Assembly: GCF_011045215.1 (NCBI RefSeq)
Contig: NZ_CP049201.1
DNA from: Escherichia coli
GTDB lineage: Bacteria; Pseudomonadota; Gammaproteobacteria; Enterobacterales; Enterobacteriaceae
Direction: 5' to 3' (one strand)
DNA: 64,000 nt
This document shows, one piece after another, positions 34,795 to 47,645 of the stretch; the first letter of the stretch is position 1, and every line of letters starts with the position of its first letter. The notes under the pieces were generated by a model that saw nothing but the letters and a program-made list of their open reading frames with translations, did no database searches and was not told the origin of the DNA. The translations under genes and the position numbers were made by a program.

Positions 34795-35844
34795 TTATTG
34801 CGCAAAGGGATTTTTCGTTTCGTATGACGTGTTATAAAGCGCGTCGGAAATTAAATACTGGTAAATATCATCAACAATTTCGATGCCTTCGACGGCGGCT
34901 TTGCGTTGTTTAATATCCTGATCCTGTCCGGGATAATAAACCTGATTAAAACCGGGCGCGGGGGTAATGGCATTTAATTCGCGCATGGTCTGGCTAAGAT
35001 GTTGACGGAATAATTCGCTGGAGGAGAAAAAGTTCGGGTTAATAACTACATGTAATTGCCCCAAATTACGCCCGGCGTGTAAATCGTCATACATCGAACT
35101 AACCTGTCGCCCGAACGGTAAGCCGAGTAAGACGCCTGAGAGGACGTCAATCATCATCATCAGGCCATACCCTTTCGGCCCGGCTGCGGGGAGCAGAGCA
35201 TGTACCGCGAACGGATCGGTTGTTGGTGCACCGTTTTTATCGACCGCCCAGGTATCCGGGATAGACATATTACGCGAGCGGGCGTCGAGCACTTTTCCCC
35301 ATGCCTGTACGGTAGTCGCCATATCAAAGGTAAGGATCTCGTCGCCTTCTCCCGGCGCGGCAAAGGCCAGTGGGTTAGTACCGTAGTAAATTTCCGCGCC
35401 GCCAAACGGCACCACCATTGGATCGGACTGGCACATCGAAATGCCAATTAATCCGGCGCGGGCTGCCTGCTGCACAAAATAAGAGATTGCGCCGCTGTGA
35501 CCCATCCGGCTGATACCGACCACCGCAACGCCATTTTGCTGGGCGGTTTTGATGGCATGTTCCATACCCATTTTCGCCGCGACCTGTCCGGCGGCATTGT
35601 CGGCATGTAAAATTGCCGAGCACGGCCCGGTTTCCTCAAGACGAAACTCCGGTTCGCGGTTGGTGCCGCCTTTTGAAATGCGTTCCGCGTAGTATTCCAC
35701 GCGCACCGCGCCATGAGAGTGGATCCCTCTGGCATCGGCGTAAACCAATACTTCAGCCACGGTTGCAGCGTGCTCACGTTTTAACCCAGCCTGGCAGAGT
35801 TTATTCTCAATTAGCTGGTGGAGTGTTTCCCGACTGATTTTCAT
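34795..35844 (-). CDS. allD: Ureidoglycolate dehydrogenase
   Basis: 349 aa. Confidence 0.92.
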   Translation of the reverse strand: MKISRETLHQLIENKLCQAGLKREHAATVAEVLVYADARGIHSHGAVRVEYYAERISKGGTNREPEFRLEETGPCSAILHADNAAGQVAAKMGMEHAIKTAQQNGVAVVGISRMGHSGAISYFVQQAARAGLIGISMCQSDPMVVPFGGAEIYYGTNPLAFAAPGEGDEILTFDMATTVQAWGKVLDARSRNMSIPDTWAVDKNGAPTTDPFAVHALLPAAGPKGYGLMMMIDVLSGVLLGLPFGRQVSSMYDDLHAGRNLGQLHVVINPNFFSSSELFRQHLSQTMRELNAITPAPGFNQVYYPGQDQDIKQRKAAVEGIEIVDDIYQYLISDALYNTSYETKNPFAQ

Positions 35845-36160
35845 CTGTCTTCCTTTTTAACGACGGTGTGAAGCATGACTGCAATTAACATACAGGGAAA
35901 ATATCTGGATTATGTGATCCAGACAGGCAAAAAAATATAGTTAGAATTTATTTGATAATCCGCTCGCTTTTAACCTGGTTTTTAAAACAACCACGCTTAT
36001 TAAAAAATAACACGTAATAGCATGGCGGTTATTTGAATTCTTTTGTTAATAATCCCTGTGTGATATTCATCACCTTATTTACTCGTTGTCATCGATACCG
36101 TAATCGCCACATTAACACTGCTCGTGCAATTGCCATGGGTGCAATTTTTAAGGAGTTGTT

Positions 36161-37828
36161 ATGATCCACGCCTTTATTAAAAAAGGGTGTTTTCAGGATT
36201 CGGTCAGTTTAATGATTATTTCACGAAAACTCAGCGAATCAGAAAATGTTGATGATGTTTCCGTAATGATGGGTACGCCCGCCAATAAAGCGTTATTAGA
36301 TACCACAGGTTTCTGGCATGACGATTTTAATAACGCCACGCCGAACGATATTTGCGTGGCAATTCGTAGCGAAGTGGCGGATGCGGGGATCGCGCAGGCG
36401 ATTATGCAGCAGCTTGAAGAGGCGCTAAAACAACTGGCGCAGGGGTCAGGCAGCAGCCAGGCGTTGACGCAGGTGCGTCGCTGGGACAGTGCCTGTCAGA
36501 AATTACCCGATGCCAATCTGGCGCTGATTTCAGTGGCTGGCGAGTATGCGGCGGAGCTGGCGAATCAGGCGCTGGATCGCAACCTCAACGTGATGATGTT
36601 CTCCGATAACGTCACGCTGGAAGATGAAATCCAACTTAAAACCCGCGCGCGGGAAAAAGGCTTGCTGGTGATGGGGCCGGACTGCGGTACGTCGATGATT
36701 GCCGGCACGCCGCTGGCTTTTGCTAACGTGATGCCGGAAGGCAACATTGGCGTCATTGGCGCTTCCGGTACCGGGATTCAGGAGCTGTGCTCGCAGATTG
36801 CGCTGGCAGGGGAGGGAATTACTCACGCGATTGGCCTTGGCGGCCGCGACCTCAGCCGTGAAGTGGGCGGCATCAGTGCGCTAACAGCGCTGGAAATGCT
36901 CAGTGCAGACGAGAAAAGCGAAGTGCTGGCATTTGTTTCAAAACCACCTGCCGAAGCGGTGCGTCTGAAAATTGTTAATGCCATGAAAGCAACCGGCAAA
37001 CCGACGGTGGTGCTGTTTTTAGGTTATACCCCGGCGGTGGCCCGCGACGAGAATGTCTGGTTTGCCTCCTCGCTGGATGAGGCCGCACGCCTGGCTTGCC
37101 TGCTTTCACGCGTTACGGCGCGACGTAACGCGATAACGCCTGCCAGCAGCGGATTTATTTGCGGTTTGTATACCGGCGGTACGCTGGCTGCCGAAGCGGC
37201 GGGATTACTTGCCGGACACCTTGGCGTGGAAGCCGATGATGCCCATCATCACGGCATGATGCTCGACGCCGATGGTCACCAGATTATTGACCTCGGCGAT
37301 GATTTCTACACAGTCGGGCGTCCCCATCCGATGATCGACCCAACCTTACGCAACCAGTTAATTGCCGATCTCGGCGCTAAACCGCAAGTGCGTGTGCTGC
37401 TGCTTGATGTCGTGATTGGCTTCGGTGCGACCGCCGATCCTGCCGCCTCGCTGGTAAGCGCCTGGCAAAAAGCCTGTGCTGCGCGTTCAGACAATCAACC
37501 ACTGTATGCCATTGCCACGGTGACAGGCACTGAACGTGACCCGCAATGCCGCTCGCAGCAAATCGCCACGCTGGAAGATGCGGGGATTGCGGTCGTGAGT
37601 TCGCTACCGGAAGCCACCTTGCTGGCGGCAGCGTTAATTCATCCGCTCTCGCCTGCCGCACAGCAACACACACCGTCATTACTGGAAAACGTCGCCGTGA
37701 TTAACATCGGATTACGCAGTTTTGCGCTGGAGCTACAAAGCGCCAGCAAACCGGTTGTGCATTACCAATGGTCGCCAGTCGCCGGCGGCAATAAAAAACT
37801 GGCTCGTTTATTAGAACGTTTGCAATAA
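36161..37828 (+). CDS. fdrA: FdrA (CoA-ligase-like protein)
   Basis: 555 aa; first gene of the fdrA-ylbE-ylbF-ybcF cluster. Confidence 0.9.
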   Translation: MIHAFIKKGCFQDSVSLMIISRKLSESENVDDVSVMMGTPANKALLDTTGFWHDDFNNATPNDICVAIRSEVADAGIAQAIMQQLEEALKQLAQGSGSSQALTQVRRWDSACQKLPDANLALISVAGEYAAELANQALDRNLNVMMFSDNVTLEDEIQLKTRAREKGLLVMGPDCGTSMIAGTPLAFANVMPEGNIGVIGASGTGIQELCSQIALAGEGITHAIGLGGRDLSREVGGISALTALEMLSADEKSEVLAFVSKPPAEAVRLKIVNAMKATGKPTVVLFLGYTPAVARDENVWFASSLDEAARLACLLSRVTARRNAITPASSGFICGLYTGGTLAAEAAGLLAGHLGVEADDAHHHGMMLDADGHQIIDLGDDFYTVGRPHPMIDPTLRNQLIADLGAKPQVRVLLLDVVIGFGATADPAASLVSAWQKACAARSDNQPLYAIATVTGTERDPQCRSQQIATLEDAGIAVVSSLPEATLLAAALIHPLSPAAQQHTPSLLENVAVINIGLRSFALELQSASKPVVHYQWSPVAGGNKKLARLLERLQ

Positions 37829-37837
37829 GGGGTTCCC

Positions 37838-39097
37838 ATGTTTACATCAGTGGCGCAAGCCAATGCTGCGGTTATCGAACAAATTCGTCGCGCTCGTCCA
37901 CACTGGCTGGATGTGCAACCGGCTTCTTCACTTATCAGCGAACTAAACGAGGGCAAAACACTGCTTCACGCCGGGCCGCCAATGCGCTGGCAGGAGATGA
38001 CCGGACCCATGAAAGGGGCGTGCGTGGGCGCATGTCTGTTCGAAGGTTGGGCGAAAGATGAAGCGCAGGCGCTGGCAATACTGGAGCAGGGGGAAGTGAA
38101 CTTCATTCCTTGTCACCATGTGAATGCCGTCGGGCCAATGGGCGGTATTACTTCTGCCAGTATGCCGATGCTGGTGGTCGAGAACGTGACCGACGGCAAC
38201 CGGGCGTACTGCAACCTCAACGAAGGTATCGGCAAAGTGATGCGTTTTGGCGCTTACGGCGAAGATGTCCTGACTCGCCATCGCTGGATGCGCGATGTGT
38301 TAATGCCAGTATTAAGCGCGGCGCTGGGGCGCATGGAGCGCGGTATCGATCTTACCGCGATGATGGCGCAGGGCATTACCATGGGCGATGAGTTCCATCA
38401 ACGCAATATTGCTTCCTCAGCACTGTTAATGCGTGCGCTGGCCCCACAAATTGCTCGCCTCGATCATGATAAACAGCACATCGCGGAAGTGATGGATTTC
38501 CTCAGCGTGACCGATCAGTTCTTCCTCAACCTCGCGATGGCTTACTGCAAGGCGGCGATGGATGCTGGCGCGATGATCCGCGCAGGCAGCATCGTCACGG
38601 CAATGACCCGCAACGGCAATATGTTCGGGATTCGGGTAAGCGGGCTGGGCGAACGCTGGTTTACTGCGCCTGTAAACACTCCGCAAGGTCTGTTTTTCAC
38701 CGGCTTCTCGCAGGAGCAGGCGAACCCGGATATGGGCGATAGCGCGATTACCGAAACCTTTGGTATCGGAGGTGCGGCAATGATCGCAGCGCCTGGCGTA
38801 ACGCGCTTTGTCGGTGCGGGTGGCATGGAAGCGGCCAGGGCGGTATCTGAAGAGATGGCGGAAATTTACCTTGAACGCAATATGCAGTTGCAGATCCCAA
38901 GCTGGGATTTCCAGGGCGCGTGCCTGGGGCTGGATATTCGTCGCGTGGTAGAAACCGGCATTACGCCACTCATCAATACCGGTATCGCCCATAAAGAGGC
39001 GGGGATCGGGCAGATTGGCGCAGGCACTGTGCGGGCACCGCTGGCGTGTTTTGAACAGGCGCTGGAAGCACTGGCTGAAAGCATGGGGATTGGTTGA
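37838..39097 (+). CDS. ylbE: DUF1116-family protein YlbE
   Basis: 419 aa. Confidence 0.9.
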
Positions 39098-39107
39098 GGA
39101 ACGCGCA

Positions 39108-39923
39108 ATGACGATCATCCATCCTCTGCTTGCCAGTAGTAGCGCACCGAATTATCGCCAGTCCTGGCGGTTAGCGGGAGTGTGGCGGCGGGCGATTAAC
39201 CTGATGACGGAAAGCGGCGAACTGTTAACGCTGCATCGTCAGGGTAGTGGTTTCGGCCCCGGAGGATGGGTGCTTCGCCGTGCGCAATTCGATGCGTTAT
39301 GCGGTGGATTATGCGGCAATGAACGACCACAGGTTGTGGCTCAAGGGATTCGCCTCGGGCGTTTCACGGTTAAACAGCCACAGCGTTATTGTTTGCTGCG
39401 TATTACGCCGCCTGCGCATCCTCAACCACTTGCAGCTGCATGGATGCAACGCGCGGAGGAAACCGGGCTTTTCGGGCCACTGGCGTTGGCGGCAAGCGAT
39501 CCGCTGCCTGCTGAGTTACGCCAGTTTCGTCACTGTTTTCAGGCCGCGCTCAATGGCGTTAAGACCGACTGGCGGCACTGGCTGGGTAAAGGCCCCGGAT
39601 TAACGCCGAGTCATGATGACACGCTGAGCGGAATGCTGCTGGCGGCCTGGTATTATGGCGCTTTAGATGCGCGCTCCGGTCGTCCGTTTTTTGCCTGTTC
39701 CGACAATCTGCAACTCGTTACCACAGCGGTGAGCGTCAGTTATTTACGTTATGCCGCGCAAGGATATTTCGCCTCGCCACTCCTGCACTTTGTTCATGCT
39801 CTGAGTTGCCCGAAACGTACCGCTGTTGCGATTGATTCGCTGCTGGCGCTGGGGCATACGTCAGGGGCAGATACGCTGCTGGGGTTTTGGCTTGGCCAAC
39901 AATTATTACAAGGAAAACCATGA
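39108..39923 (+). CDS. ylbF: YlbF (DUF2877-family)
   Basis: Start placed at [11 protein letters not shown] with SD GAGGAA upstream (271 aa). Confidence 0.9.
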
Positions 39924-40813
39924 AAACACTGGTTGTAGCTCTTGGGGGCAACGCCTTACTCCAGCGCGGTGAGGCGCTGACGGCAGAAAATCAATATCGC
40001 AATATCGCCAGTGCTGTACCCGCGCTGGCGCGCCTGGCCCGTTCTTATCGGCTGGCGATTGTTCACGGCAACGGGCCGCAGGTGGGGCTGCTGGCATTGC
40101 AGAATCTGGCGTGGAAAGAGGTAGAACCGTATCCGCTGGATGTGCTGGTGGCAGAAAGTCAGGGGATGATTGGCTATATGCTGGCGCAGAGTTTGAGCGC
40201 ACAGCCGCAGATGCCGCCCGTGACGACGGTGCTGACGCGCATTGAGGTTTCGCCTGATGATCCGGCGTTTTTGCAGCCAGAGAAATTTATTGGTCCGGTT
40301 TATCAGCCAGAAGAACAAGAGGCACTGGAAGCGGCTTACGGCTGGCAGATGAAACGTGATGGTAAATATTTGCGCCGGGTGGTGGCGTCTCCGCAACCGC
40401 GTAAAATTCTCGACAGCGAAGCCATCGAGTTGTTGCTCAAAGAGGGGCATGTGGTGATTTGCAGTGGCGGCGGCGGTGTGCCTGTGACGGAAGATGGGGC
40501 AGGGAGTGAAGCGGTGATTGATAAAGATCTCGCTGCTGCGTTGCTCGCTGAGCAGATTAACGCCGATGGGCTGGTGATCCTCACTGATGCTGATGCGGTA
40601 TATGAAAACTGGGGAACGCCGCAGCAACGCGCCATTCGCCATGCCACACCGGATGAGTTAGCGCCATTTGCCAAAGCCGATGGTTCGATGGGGCCGAAGG
40701 TAACGGCGGTGAGTGGTTATGTCAGAAGCCGTGGTAAACCCGCGTGGATTGGGGCGTTATCGCGAATTGAAGAGACGCTGGCGGGCGAAGCGGGGACCTG
40801 TATTTCGCTGTAG
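39920..40813 (+). CDS. ybcF: Carbamate kinase-like protein YbcF
   Basis: Start at [18 protein letters not shown] overlap with ylbF; amino-acid kinase fold. Confidence 0.9.
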
Positions 40814-40844
40814 TGATGAGAGCATCCAGCAATCGGTGCACCAT

Positions 40845-40934
40845 GCCTGATGCGACGCTTGACGCGTCTTATCAGGCCTACAATGGGTACCGGATCGGTG
40901 TAGGCCGGATAAGGCGTTCACGCCGCATCCGGCA
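40845..40934. repeat. REP elements (inverted pair)
   Basis: GCCTGATGCGACGCTTGACGCGTCTTATCAGGCCTAC and GTAGGCCGGATAAGGCGTTCACGCCGCATCCGGCA. Confidence 0.6.
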
Positions 40935-40951
40935 ATCAAATGAGCACCAGG

Positions 40952-42019
40952 TTAACTGAACTTACTCTGTGCCCACATCACGCCGCTGGCATACTCCGGC
41001 GGCAGCAGCGGGATTAAGGCTTCCAGCGTCGCGGACAGACGCGATGTGTCGCTGTCGGTCAAATTCAGATGCCCCACTTTACGGCCCGGACGGACTTCTT
41101 TGTCGTACCAGTGCAGATGCACCAGCGGCAGTTTCAGCCAGTCATAATTCACATCGCTACCAATCAGATTGATCATCACCGACGGATTATTCACCACTGG
41201 TTGCGGTAACGGCAGATCGGTAATCGCCCGCAGATGTAGCTCAAACTGGCTGATGCTGGCACCGTTTTGTGTCCAGTGACCGCTGTTATGCACACGCGGA
41301 GCCAGTTCGTTGATCAGCAGACCTTGCGGGGTGACAAAACACTCCATCGCCATCACGCCCACATAGCCCAGCTCCTGCATAATCGCCGAAAGCATCTCTT
41401 CGGCTTGCGCTTGCTGCTGTGCATTGGCCTGCGGGAAAGCGACGCTGGTGCGCAAAATACCGTCCTGATGCAGGTTATGCGTCAGCGGATAAAACACGGT
41501 GCTGCCATCAAAGCCGCGCGCGCCAACCAGCGACACTTCACCAGAGAAGTTTATGCCCTGCTCGACTATACATTCGCCGTAGCATTCAGCCGGTAACTGT
41601 TCGGTTTCATCGGCACGTAAACGCCATTGACCGCGTCCGTCATAGCCACCAGTGCGACGCTTAACAATCGCCAGCTCACCTAAACGATCAAACACCGCAG
41701 GCCACTCGCTGCGTTCGGCAAGTAACTGCCACGGTGCAGTCGGCAGGTGGAGCTTATCGAAAAGCTGCTTCTGAGTCAGACGGTCAGCAATAATCGGGAA
41801 CACATCGCGGTTCACAAAGGCCGGATGGCGCGCCAGCTCGCGGGTTAATGCGGTTTCCGGCCAGCGTTCTATCTCAGCGGTAATCACGCTTTGTTGAAAA
41901 GGCACCGCCGCCGGTTCAGCGTCCAGCCCGACTGGCCAGACAGCAATGCCTAACGGTTCGCCTGCCTGACGCAGCATACGGCCTAACTGCCCGTTACCGA
42001 GGACGCAAACCTGTTTCAT
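40952..42019 (-). CDS. purK: N5-carboxyaminoimidazole ribonucleotide synthase
   Basis: 355 aa, ATP-grasp. Confidence 0.93.
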   Translation of the reverse strand: MKQVCVLGNGQLGRMLRQAGEPLGIAVWPVGLDAEPAAVPFQQSVITAEIERWPETALTRELARHPAFVNRDVFPIIADRLTQKQLFDKLHLPTAPWQLLAERSEWPAVFDRLGELAIVKRRTGGYDGRGQWRLRADETEQLPAECYGECIVEQGINFSGEVSLVGARGFDGSTVFYPLTHNLHQDGILRTSVAFPQANAQQQAQAEEMLSAIMQELGYVGVMAMECFVTPQGLLINELAPRVHNSGHWTQNGASISQFELHLRAITDLPLPQPVVNNPSVMINLIGSDVNYDWLKLPLVHLHWYDKEVRPGRKVGHLNLTDSDTSRLSATLEALIPLLPPEYASGVMWAQSKFS

Positions 42020-42525
42020 GCCGCACCTCGCGGGTCCGGGTTTTCCAGTACTTCGTCGGTCTGGGCTTTGCGCCAGTCATTCAGACGCTGGTGCAGTTCT
42101 TTATCATGAGTCGCAAGAATTTGTGCTGCCAGTAACGCCGCGTTTGCCGCGCCAGCTTTACCAATCGCCAGCGTACCCACCGGAATGCCGCGCGGCATTT
42201 GTACGATAGAATAGAGGCTATCGACACCGCTCAGTGCGGCGCTCTGTACTGGCACGCCCAGCACCGGCACCAGCGTTTTGGCGGCAATCATACCTGGCAG
42301 GTGCGCCGCGCCGCCTGCGCCCGCAATAATCACCTGATAACCGTTCTCTTCGGCGCTTTCGGCGAAGCTGAACAGTTTATCGGGGGTGCGGTGAGCAGAA
42401 ACCACTTCAACGTGGTGCGGGACATTCAGGATTTCGAAGATTTCGGCGGCGAACTGCATGGTAGCCCAGTCGCTTTTGGACCCCATCACGATGGCGACAC
42501 GCGCCGGATTATTGCGGGAAGACAT
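42016..42525 (-). CDS. purE: N5-CAIR mutase
   Basis: Start placed at [16 protein letters not shown] (169 aa). Confidence 0.93.
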   Translation of the reverse strand: MSSRNNPARVAIVMGSKSDWATMQFAAEIFEILNVPHHVEVVSAHRTPDKLFSFAESAEENGYQVIIAGAGGAAHLPGMIAAKTLVPVLGVPVQSAALSGVDSLYSIVQMPRGIPVGTLAIGKAGAANAALLAAQILATHDKELHQRLNDWRKAQTDEVLENPDPRGAA

Positions 42526-42641
42526 GCGTCTTAAAACTCCTGTGGTGCACAACTCTCGGCTTTAGAGGGCACAGAGAATAGCACGGAAAGAGAGCAAGGA
42601 AAACGGTTGCGTGGCTGTGAAATCAGCAAAGTTGTGGGTAT

Positions 42642-43364
42642 TTAAAACGGAAAATGAATCAGTTCAACGTCATCCGCCGTGACTTTCACCATCGAACCTT
42701 CCGTATGCCAGGCACCCAGTACCACGCGAAAAGCAGGTTGCTGGTTGGCGATAAGTTCATGTACCGCCGGGCGATGGGTATGCCCGTGGATCAGCCATTG
42801 CACCTGATGTTTTTCCATCGCACTGACCACCGCGTTTTGGTTAACGTCCATGATCGCCAGCGATTTACTGCTGTTGGCTTCTTTACTGTTCGCGCGCATT
42901 CGCGCGGCAATGCGTTTGCGCACAAACAACGGCAGGGCGAGGAATAGCGTTTGCAGCCAGGGTTTGTGGACTTTGGCGCGAAAAGCCTGATAACCCGCGT
43001 CATCGGTGCACAGCATGTCGCCATGCATAATCAACACCCGACGACCATAAAGTTCGAGCACCTTTTCTTCCGGCAATAACGTCATGCCGCTTTCACGGGC
43101 AAAGCGTTTGCCGAGCAGAAAATCACGGTTGCCATGAATGAAATAACAGGGAACGCCGGAATCGGACACCGCTTTGATCGCTGCCGCCATCTGGCGATGG
43201 AGTGGGTTGGGATCGTCGTCGCCAATCCACGCTTCAAACAGATCGCCAAGAATATACAGCGCGTCGGCCTTGCGGGCTTCTCCCGCTAAAAAACGCAGAA
43301 AACCGGCGGTGATCGCCGGTTCTTCCACGCAGAGATGAAGATCTGCAATAAAGAGTGTCGCCAC
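42642..43364 (-). CDS. lpxH: UDP-2,3-diacylglucosamine pyrophosphatase
   Basis: 240 aa; calcineurin-like metallophosphatase motifs (DLHL, GNRD). Confidence 0.92.
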   Translation of the reverse strand: MATLFIADLHLCVEEPAITAGFLRFLAGEARKADALYILGDLFEAWIGDDDPNPLHRQMAAAIKAVSDSGVPCYFIHGNRDFLLGKRFARESGMTLLPEEKVLELYGRRVLIMHGDMLCTDDAGYQAFRAKVHKPWLQTLFLALPLFVRKRIAARMRANSKEANSSKSLAIMDVNQNAVVSAMEKHQVQWLIHGHTHRPAVHELIANQQPAFRVVLGAWHTEGSMVKVTADDVELIHFPF

Positions 43365-43366
43365 GA

Positions 43367-43861
43367 TTACTCGCTAACGGTCACGCTTTCAATGATAACG
43401 TCTTCTTTTGGCACGTCCTGGTGCATACCGCTACGACCGGTTGCAACACCTTTGATTTTGTCTACCACGTCCATGCCTTCAACCACTTCAGCAAATACGC
43501 AGTAGCCCCAACCTTGCAGGCTTTCGCCGGAGAAGTTCAGGAAGTCGTTATCAACCACGTTGATGAAGAACTGTGCAGTTGCAGAGTGCGGAGCCTGAGT
43601 ACGGGCCATTGCCAGCGTACCACGGGTATTTTTCAGGCCGTTATTGGCTTCGTTTTTGATCGGTTCTTTGGTGGCTTTTTGTTTCATGCCCGGTTCAAAA
43701 CCGCCGCCCTGAATCATAAAGCCGTTGATAACACGGTGGAAAATGGTGTTGTTGTAAAAACCTTCGCGGCAGTAGTCCAGGAAGTTTTTAACTGTTTCAG
43801 GTGCTTTATCGTCAAAAGTTTTGATGACAATATCGCCGTGATTGGTGTGGAAAGTAACCAT
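43367..43861 (-). CDS. ppiB: Peptidyl-prolyl cis-trans isomerase B (cyclophilin)
   Basis: 164 aa. Confidence 0.93.
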   Translation of the reverse strand: MVTFHTNHGDIVIKTFDDKAPETVKNFLDYCREGFYNNTIFHRVINGFMIQGGGFEPGMKQKATKEPIKNEANNGLKNTRGTLAMARTQAPHSATAQFFINVVDNDFLNFSGESLQGWGYCVFAEVVEGMDVVDKIKGVATGRSGMHQDVPKEDVIIESVTVSE

Positions 43862-44034
43862 TTTTGCATCCTGTTCCGTTTGATTGGTGCTTCAACCCGG
43901 TTCGGGTCATATATAGGGTGGTGTTATAGCATAACCGCACGATCGGATCATCACGCAATGTATGCTGATTCGCGCGGGAAATATGGGTATTATACGCAAC
44001 TCAATTACCCACACATGTCTAAACGGAATCTTCG

Positions 44035-45420
44035 ATGCTAAAAATCTTCAATACTCTGACACGCCAAAAAGAGGAATTTAAGCCTATTCACGCCGGGGAA
44101 GTCGGCATGTACGTGTGTGGAATCACCGTTTACGATCTCTGTCATATCGGTCACGGGCGTACCTTTGTTGCTTTTGACGTGGTTGCGCGCTATCTGCGTT
44201 TCCTCGGCTATAAGCTGAAGTATGTGCGCAACATTACCGATATCGACGACAAAATCATCAAACGCGCCAATGAAAATGGCGAAAGCTTTGTGGCGCTGGT
44301 GGATCGCATGATCGCCGAAATGCACAAAGATTTTGATGCGTTGAACATTCTGCGCCCGGATATGGAGCCGCGCGCGACGCACCATATCGCAGAAATTATT
44401 GAACTCACTGAACAACTGATCGCCAAAGGTCACGCTTATGTGGCGGACAACGGCGACGTGATGTTCGACGTCCCGACCGATCCGACTTATGGCGTGCTGT
44501 CGCGTCAGGATCTCGACCAGCTGCAGGCAGGCGCGCGCGTTGACGTGGTCGACGACAAACGCAACCCGATGGACTTCGTTCTGTGGAAGATGTCGAAAGA
44601 GGGCGAACCGAGCTGGCCGTCTCCGTGGGGCGCGGGCCGTCCAGGCTGGCACATTGAATGTTCGGCAATGAACTGCAAGCAGCTGGGTAACCACTTTGAT
44701 ATCCACGGCGGCGGTTCAGACCTGATGTTCCCGCACCACGAGAACGAAATCGCGCAGTCCACCTGTGCCCATGATGGTCAGTATGTGAACTACTGGATGC
44801 ACTCCGGGATGGTGATGGTTGATCGCGAGAAGATGTCCAAATCGCTGGGTAACTTCTTCACCGTGCGTGATGTGCTGAAATACTACGACGCGGAAACCGT
44901 GCGTTACTTCCTGATGTCAGGCCACTATCGCAGCCAGCTGAACTACAGCGAAGAGAACCTGAAGCAGGCGCGTGCGGCGCTGGAGCGTCTCTACACTGCG
45001 CTGCGCGGCACAGATAAAATCGTTGCGCCTGCCGGTGGCGAAGCGTTTGAAGCGCGCTTTATTGAAGCGATGGACGACGATTTCAACACCCCGGAAGCCT
45101 ATTCCGTGCTGTTTGATATGGCGCGTGAAGTAAACCGTCTGAAAGCAGAAGATATGGCAGCGGCGAATGCAATGGCATCTCACCTGCGTAAACTTTCCGC
45201 CGTATTGGGCCTGCTGGAGCAAGAACCGGAAGCGTTCCTGCAAAGCGGCGCGCAGGCAGACGACAGCGAAGTGGCTGAGATTGAAGCGTTAATTCAACAG
45301 CGTCTGGATGCCCGTAAAGCGAAAGACTGGGCGGCGGCAGATGCGGCGCGTGACCGTCTTAACGAGATGGGGATCGTGCTGGAAGATGGCCCGCAAGGGA
45401 CCACCTGGCGTCGTAAGTAA
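44035..45420 (+). CDS. cysS: Cysteinyl-tRNA synthetase
   Basis: 461 aa; HIGH (HIGHGRT) and KMSKS motifs. Confidence 0.95.
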   Translation: MLKIFNTLTRQKEEFKPIHAGEVGMYVCGITVYDLCHIGHGRTFVAFDVVARYLRFLGYKLKYVRNITDIDDKIIKRANENGESFVALVDRMIAEMHKDFDALNILRPDMEPRATHHIAEIIELTEQLIAKGHAYVADNGDVMFDVPTDPTYGVLSRQDLDQLQAGARVDVVDDKRNPMDFVLWKMSKEGEPSWPSPWGAGRPGWHIECSAMNCKQLGNHFDIHGGGSDLMFPHHENEIAQSTCAHDGQYVNYWMHSGMVMVDREKMSKSLGNFFTVRDVLKYYDAETVRYFLMSGHYRSQLNYSEENLKQARAALERLYTALRGTDKIVAPAGGEAFEARFIEAMDDDFNTPEAYSVLFDMAREVNRLKAEDMAAANAMASHLRKLSAVLGLLEQEPEAFLQSGAQADDSEVAEIEALIQQRLDARKAKDWAAADAARDRLNEMGIVLEDGPQGTTWRRK

Positions 45421-45455
45421 TTGCGCTATTGCCGGATGCGAGTTTTCGCATCCGG

Positions 45456-45977
45456 TTATCGTCTGCGCCACCACAACATTCCCATCAGTAGCATCCCCGG
45501 CAACCACACCCACATCAATTCAGAAATAATCACCTGATGCCCGTACGCTGTGGTGTAACGAGACAATGCAAACGGCGCGACTTTAATCACCTGCCAGGGA
45601 GCGAAAAAGCGTTCATCTGACCACGGCCACAGCCAGCCAACACCCTTACCGCCAGTGGTTACCGAATCCAGCAAGCTGTGCGATAGCAACGAGACGGTTA
45701 AAAACAGCCAGCAGCGAATCAGCCCAGCCCTGAACCATCGGCGTCCAATCAGCACACATAACAGCGGGACAACAAACGCAAACACCAGCGAATGGGTAAA
45801 CCCGCGATGACCAAAAACATTGCCGTAAGCAAGGCCAAATTTAAACGACAATACGTCTGCGTCGGGCAGCATCGCCAGGATGATTCCGGCAAATAACAGG
45901 CGCGGAGGGATGACTTTCGAACCCAACCCTAAACCAATGCATAGGGGAACGGCGGCGTGCGTAATAACGGTTGGCAT
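45456..45977 (-). CDS. ybcI: Inner membrane metal-dependent hydrolase-like protein YbcI
   Basis: 173 aa, multi-TM. Confidence 0.9.
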   Translation of the reverse strand: MPTVITHAAVPLCIGLGLGSKVIPPRLLFAGIILAMLPDADVLSFKFGLAYGNVFGHRGFTHSLVFAFVVPLLCVLIGRRWFRAGLIRCWLFLTVSLLSHSLLDSVTTGGKGVGWLWPWSDERFFAPWQVIKVAPFALSRYTTAYGHQVIISELMWVWLPGMLLMGMLWWRRR

Positions 45978-46084
45978 GATGGTCGCTTCGGCAAAATGTC
46001 GATGCTATCAGCATGGATGAACGGGGCGTAGAGGGCAAAAGTCTGAAAAGAGAACCGGCCTGTTGATACAGGCCGGGAAAGGGA

Positions 46085-46297
46085 TCAGGCAACAACCTGT
46101 ACGCTGTGACCTGCAAAACTCACTGTCTGCCCGGCGACGATTTTGCAGCGTTTGCGCGTTTCAACCGCGCCGTCGACTTTCACCTGGCCTTCGGCAATCG
46201 CGATTTTCGCCTGCGCGCCGCTTTCGCTCCAGCCTTCCAGTTTCAGCAAGTCGCACAGCTCAACGTGCGGATGTTTACCTAAAGAAAATGTCGCCAT
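46085..46297 (-). CDS. ybcJ: S4-like RNA-binding protein YbcJ
   Basis: Start placed at MATFSLGKHPHVEL (70 aa), overlapping the folD stop. Confidence 0.85.
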   Translation of the reverse strand: MATFSLGKHPHVELCDLLKLEGWSESGAQAKIAIAEGQVKVDGAVETRKRCKIVAGQTVSFAGHSVQVVA

Positions 46298-46298
46298 G

Positions 46299-47165
46299 TT
46301 ACTCACCCTGTGGATCATGATATTCAACGCACGCCTGTAGCGTGTTTTCAATCAGCGTGGCAACCGTCATCGGGCCAACGCCGCCCGGAACAGGCGTAAT
46401 GTATGAGGCGCGTTTAGCCGCGTCTTCAAACACGACGTCGCCCACAACTTTGCCATTTTCCAGACGGTTGATGCCGACATCAATCACAATTGCGCCTTCT
46501 TTGATCCAGTCACCAGGAATAAAGCCCGGCTTGCCGACGGCAACGATCAACAGATCGGCATTTTCTACGTGGTGACGCAGATTTTTAGTGAAACGGTGAG
46601 TCACGGTGGTGGTGCAACCTGCGAGCAACAGTTCCATGCTCATCGGGCGGCCAACGATATTCGATGCGCCAATCACCACGGCGTTGAGGCCGAAGGTATC
46701 AATGTTGTAACGCTCAAGCAGCGTGACAATACCGCGCGGGGTGCAGGGACGCAGACGCGGCGCGCGCTGGCACAGACGACCGACGTTATAAGGATGGAAA
46801 CCGTCTACGTCTTTGTCCGGGTGTATACGTTCCAGCACTTTGACGTTATCAATACCCGCCGGTAACGGCAGTTGAACCAGAATGCCATCGATGGTGTTGT
46901 CGGCATTCAGCGCATCGATAAGCTCCAGCAGCTCCGCTTCGCTGGTGGTTTCCGGGAGGTCATAAGAGCGGGAGACGAACCCGACTTCTTCACAAGCCTT
47001 ACGTTTGCTTGCGACATAAATTTGCGATGCAGGGTTACTACCCACCAGCACAACGGCCAGTCCTGGTGCCCGCAGTCCGGCTGCAATACGCGCCTGAACT
47101 TTTTGAGCAACTTCAGAGCGCACCTGCTGCGCAATCGTTTTACCGTCAATAATCTTTGCTGCCAT
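46299..47165 (-). CDS. folD: Bifunctional methylenetetrahydrofolate dehydrogenase/cyclohydrolase
   Basis: 288 aa. Confidence 0.95.
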
Positions 47166-47645
47166 CAGAGAGAGGATTCCATCTGTTACGTAGGTCGAAG
47201 GGGATGCGCCTATTTTGTCAGAAGCGGGGCGCGCTGTCAGGTTTCGTTTCAGATTTATCGCGTGAAGCGACCTCTTGCGAAGGTTAGGCGCACCGTCGCT
47301 GAGGTCGCTGAGATTGAAAGCTTCATTTTTCGTCCATGATGGCGTTGTAAATCTGGAACTGATTTATTTCCTTGTCTAAGGATTAAGATAATTTAAGAAA
47401 TACCTGACAATATAAAAAGAATTTTCAGCCTGGTAATTTACCGCTTCAGGTCTATATTTGTGTTGAATATATTTTGCGCGGAAATATTCATCTAACGGGG
47501 CTCTCTATTTTTTAGAATAGAGTGCATATTTTCAATTAAGACATTCTTAGAGGATAAAAAGGAATTTTACTACTATCAGTGTCTTAAATAAAGTAATCGG
47601 TTATATACGGATGTGGAGTCGATAAATGAGATTGAAGGAATATAT

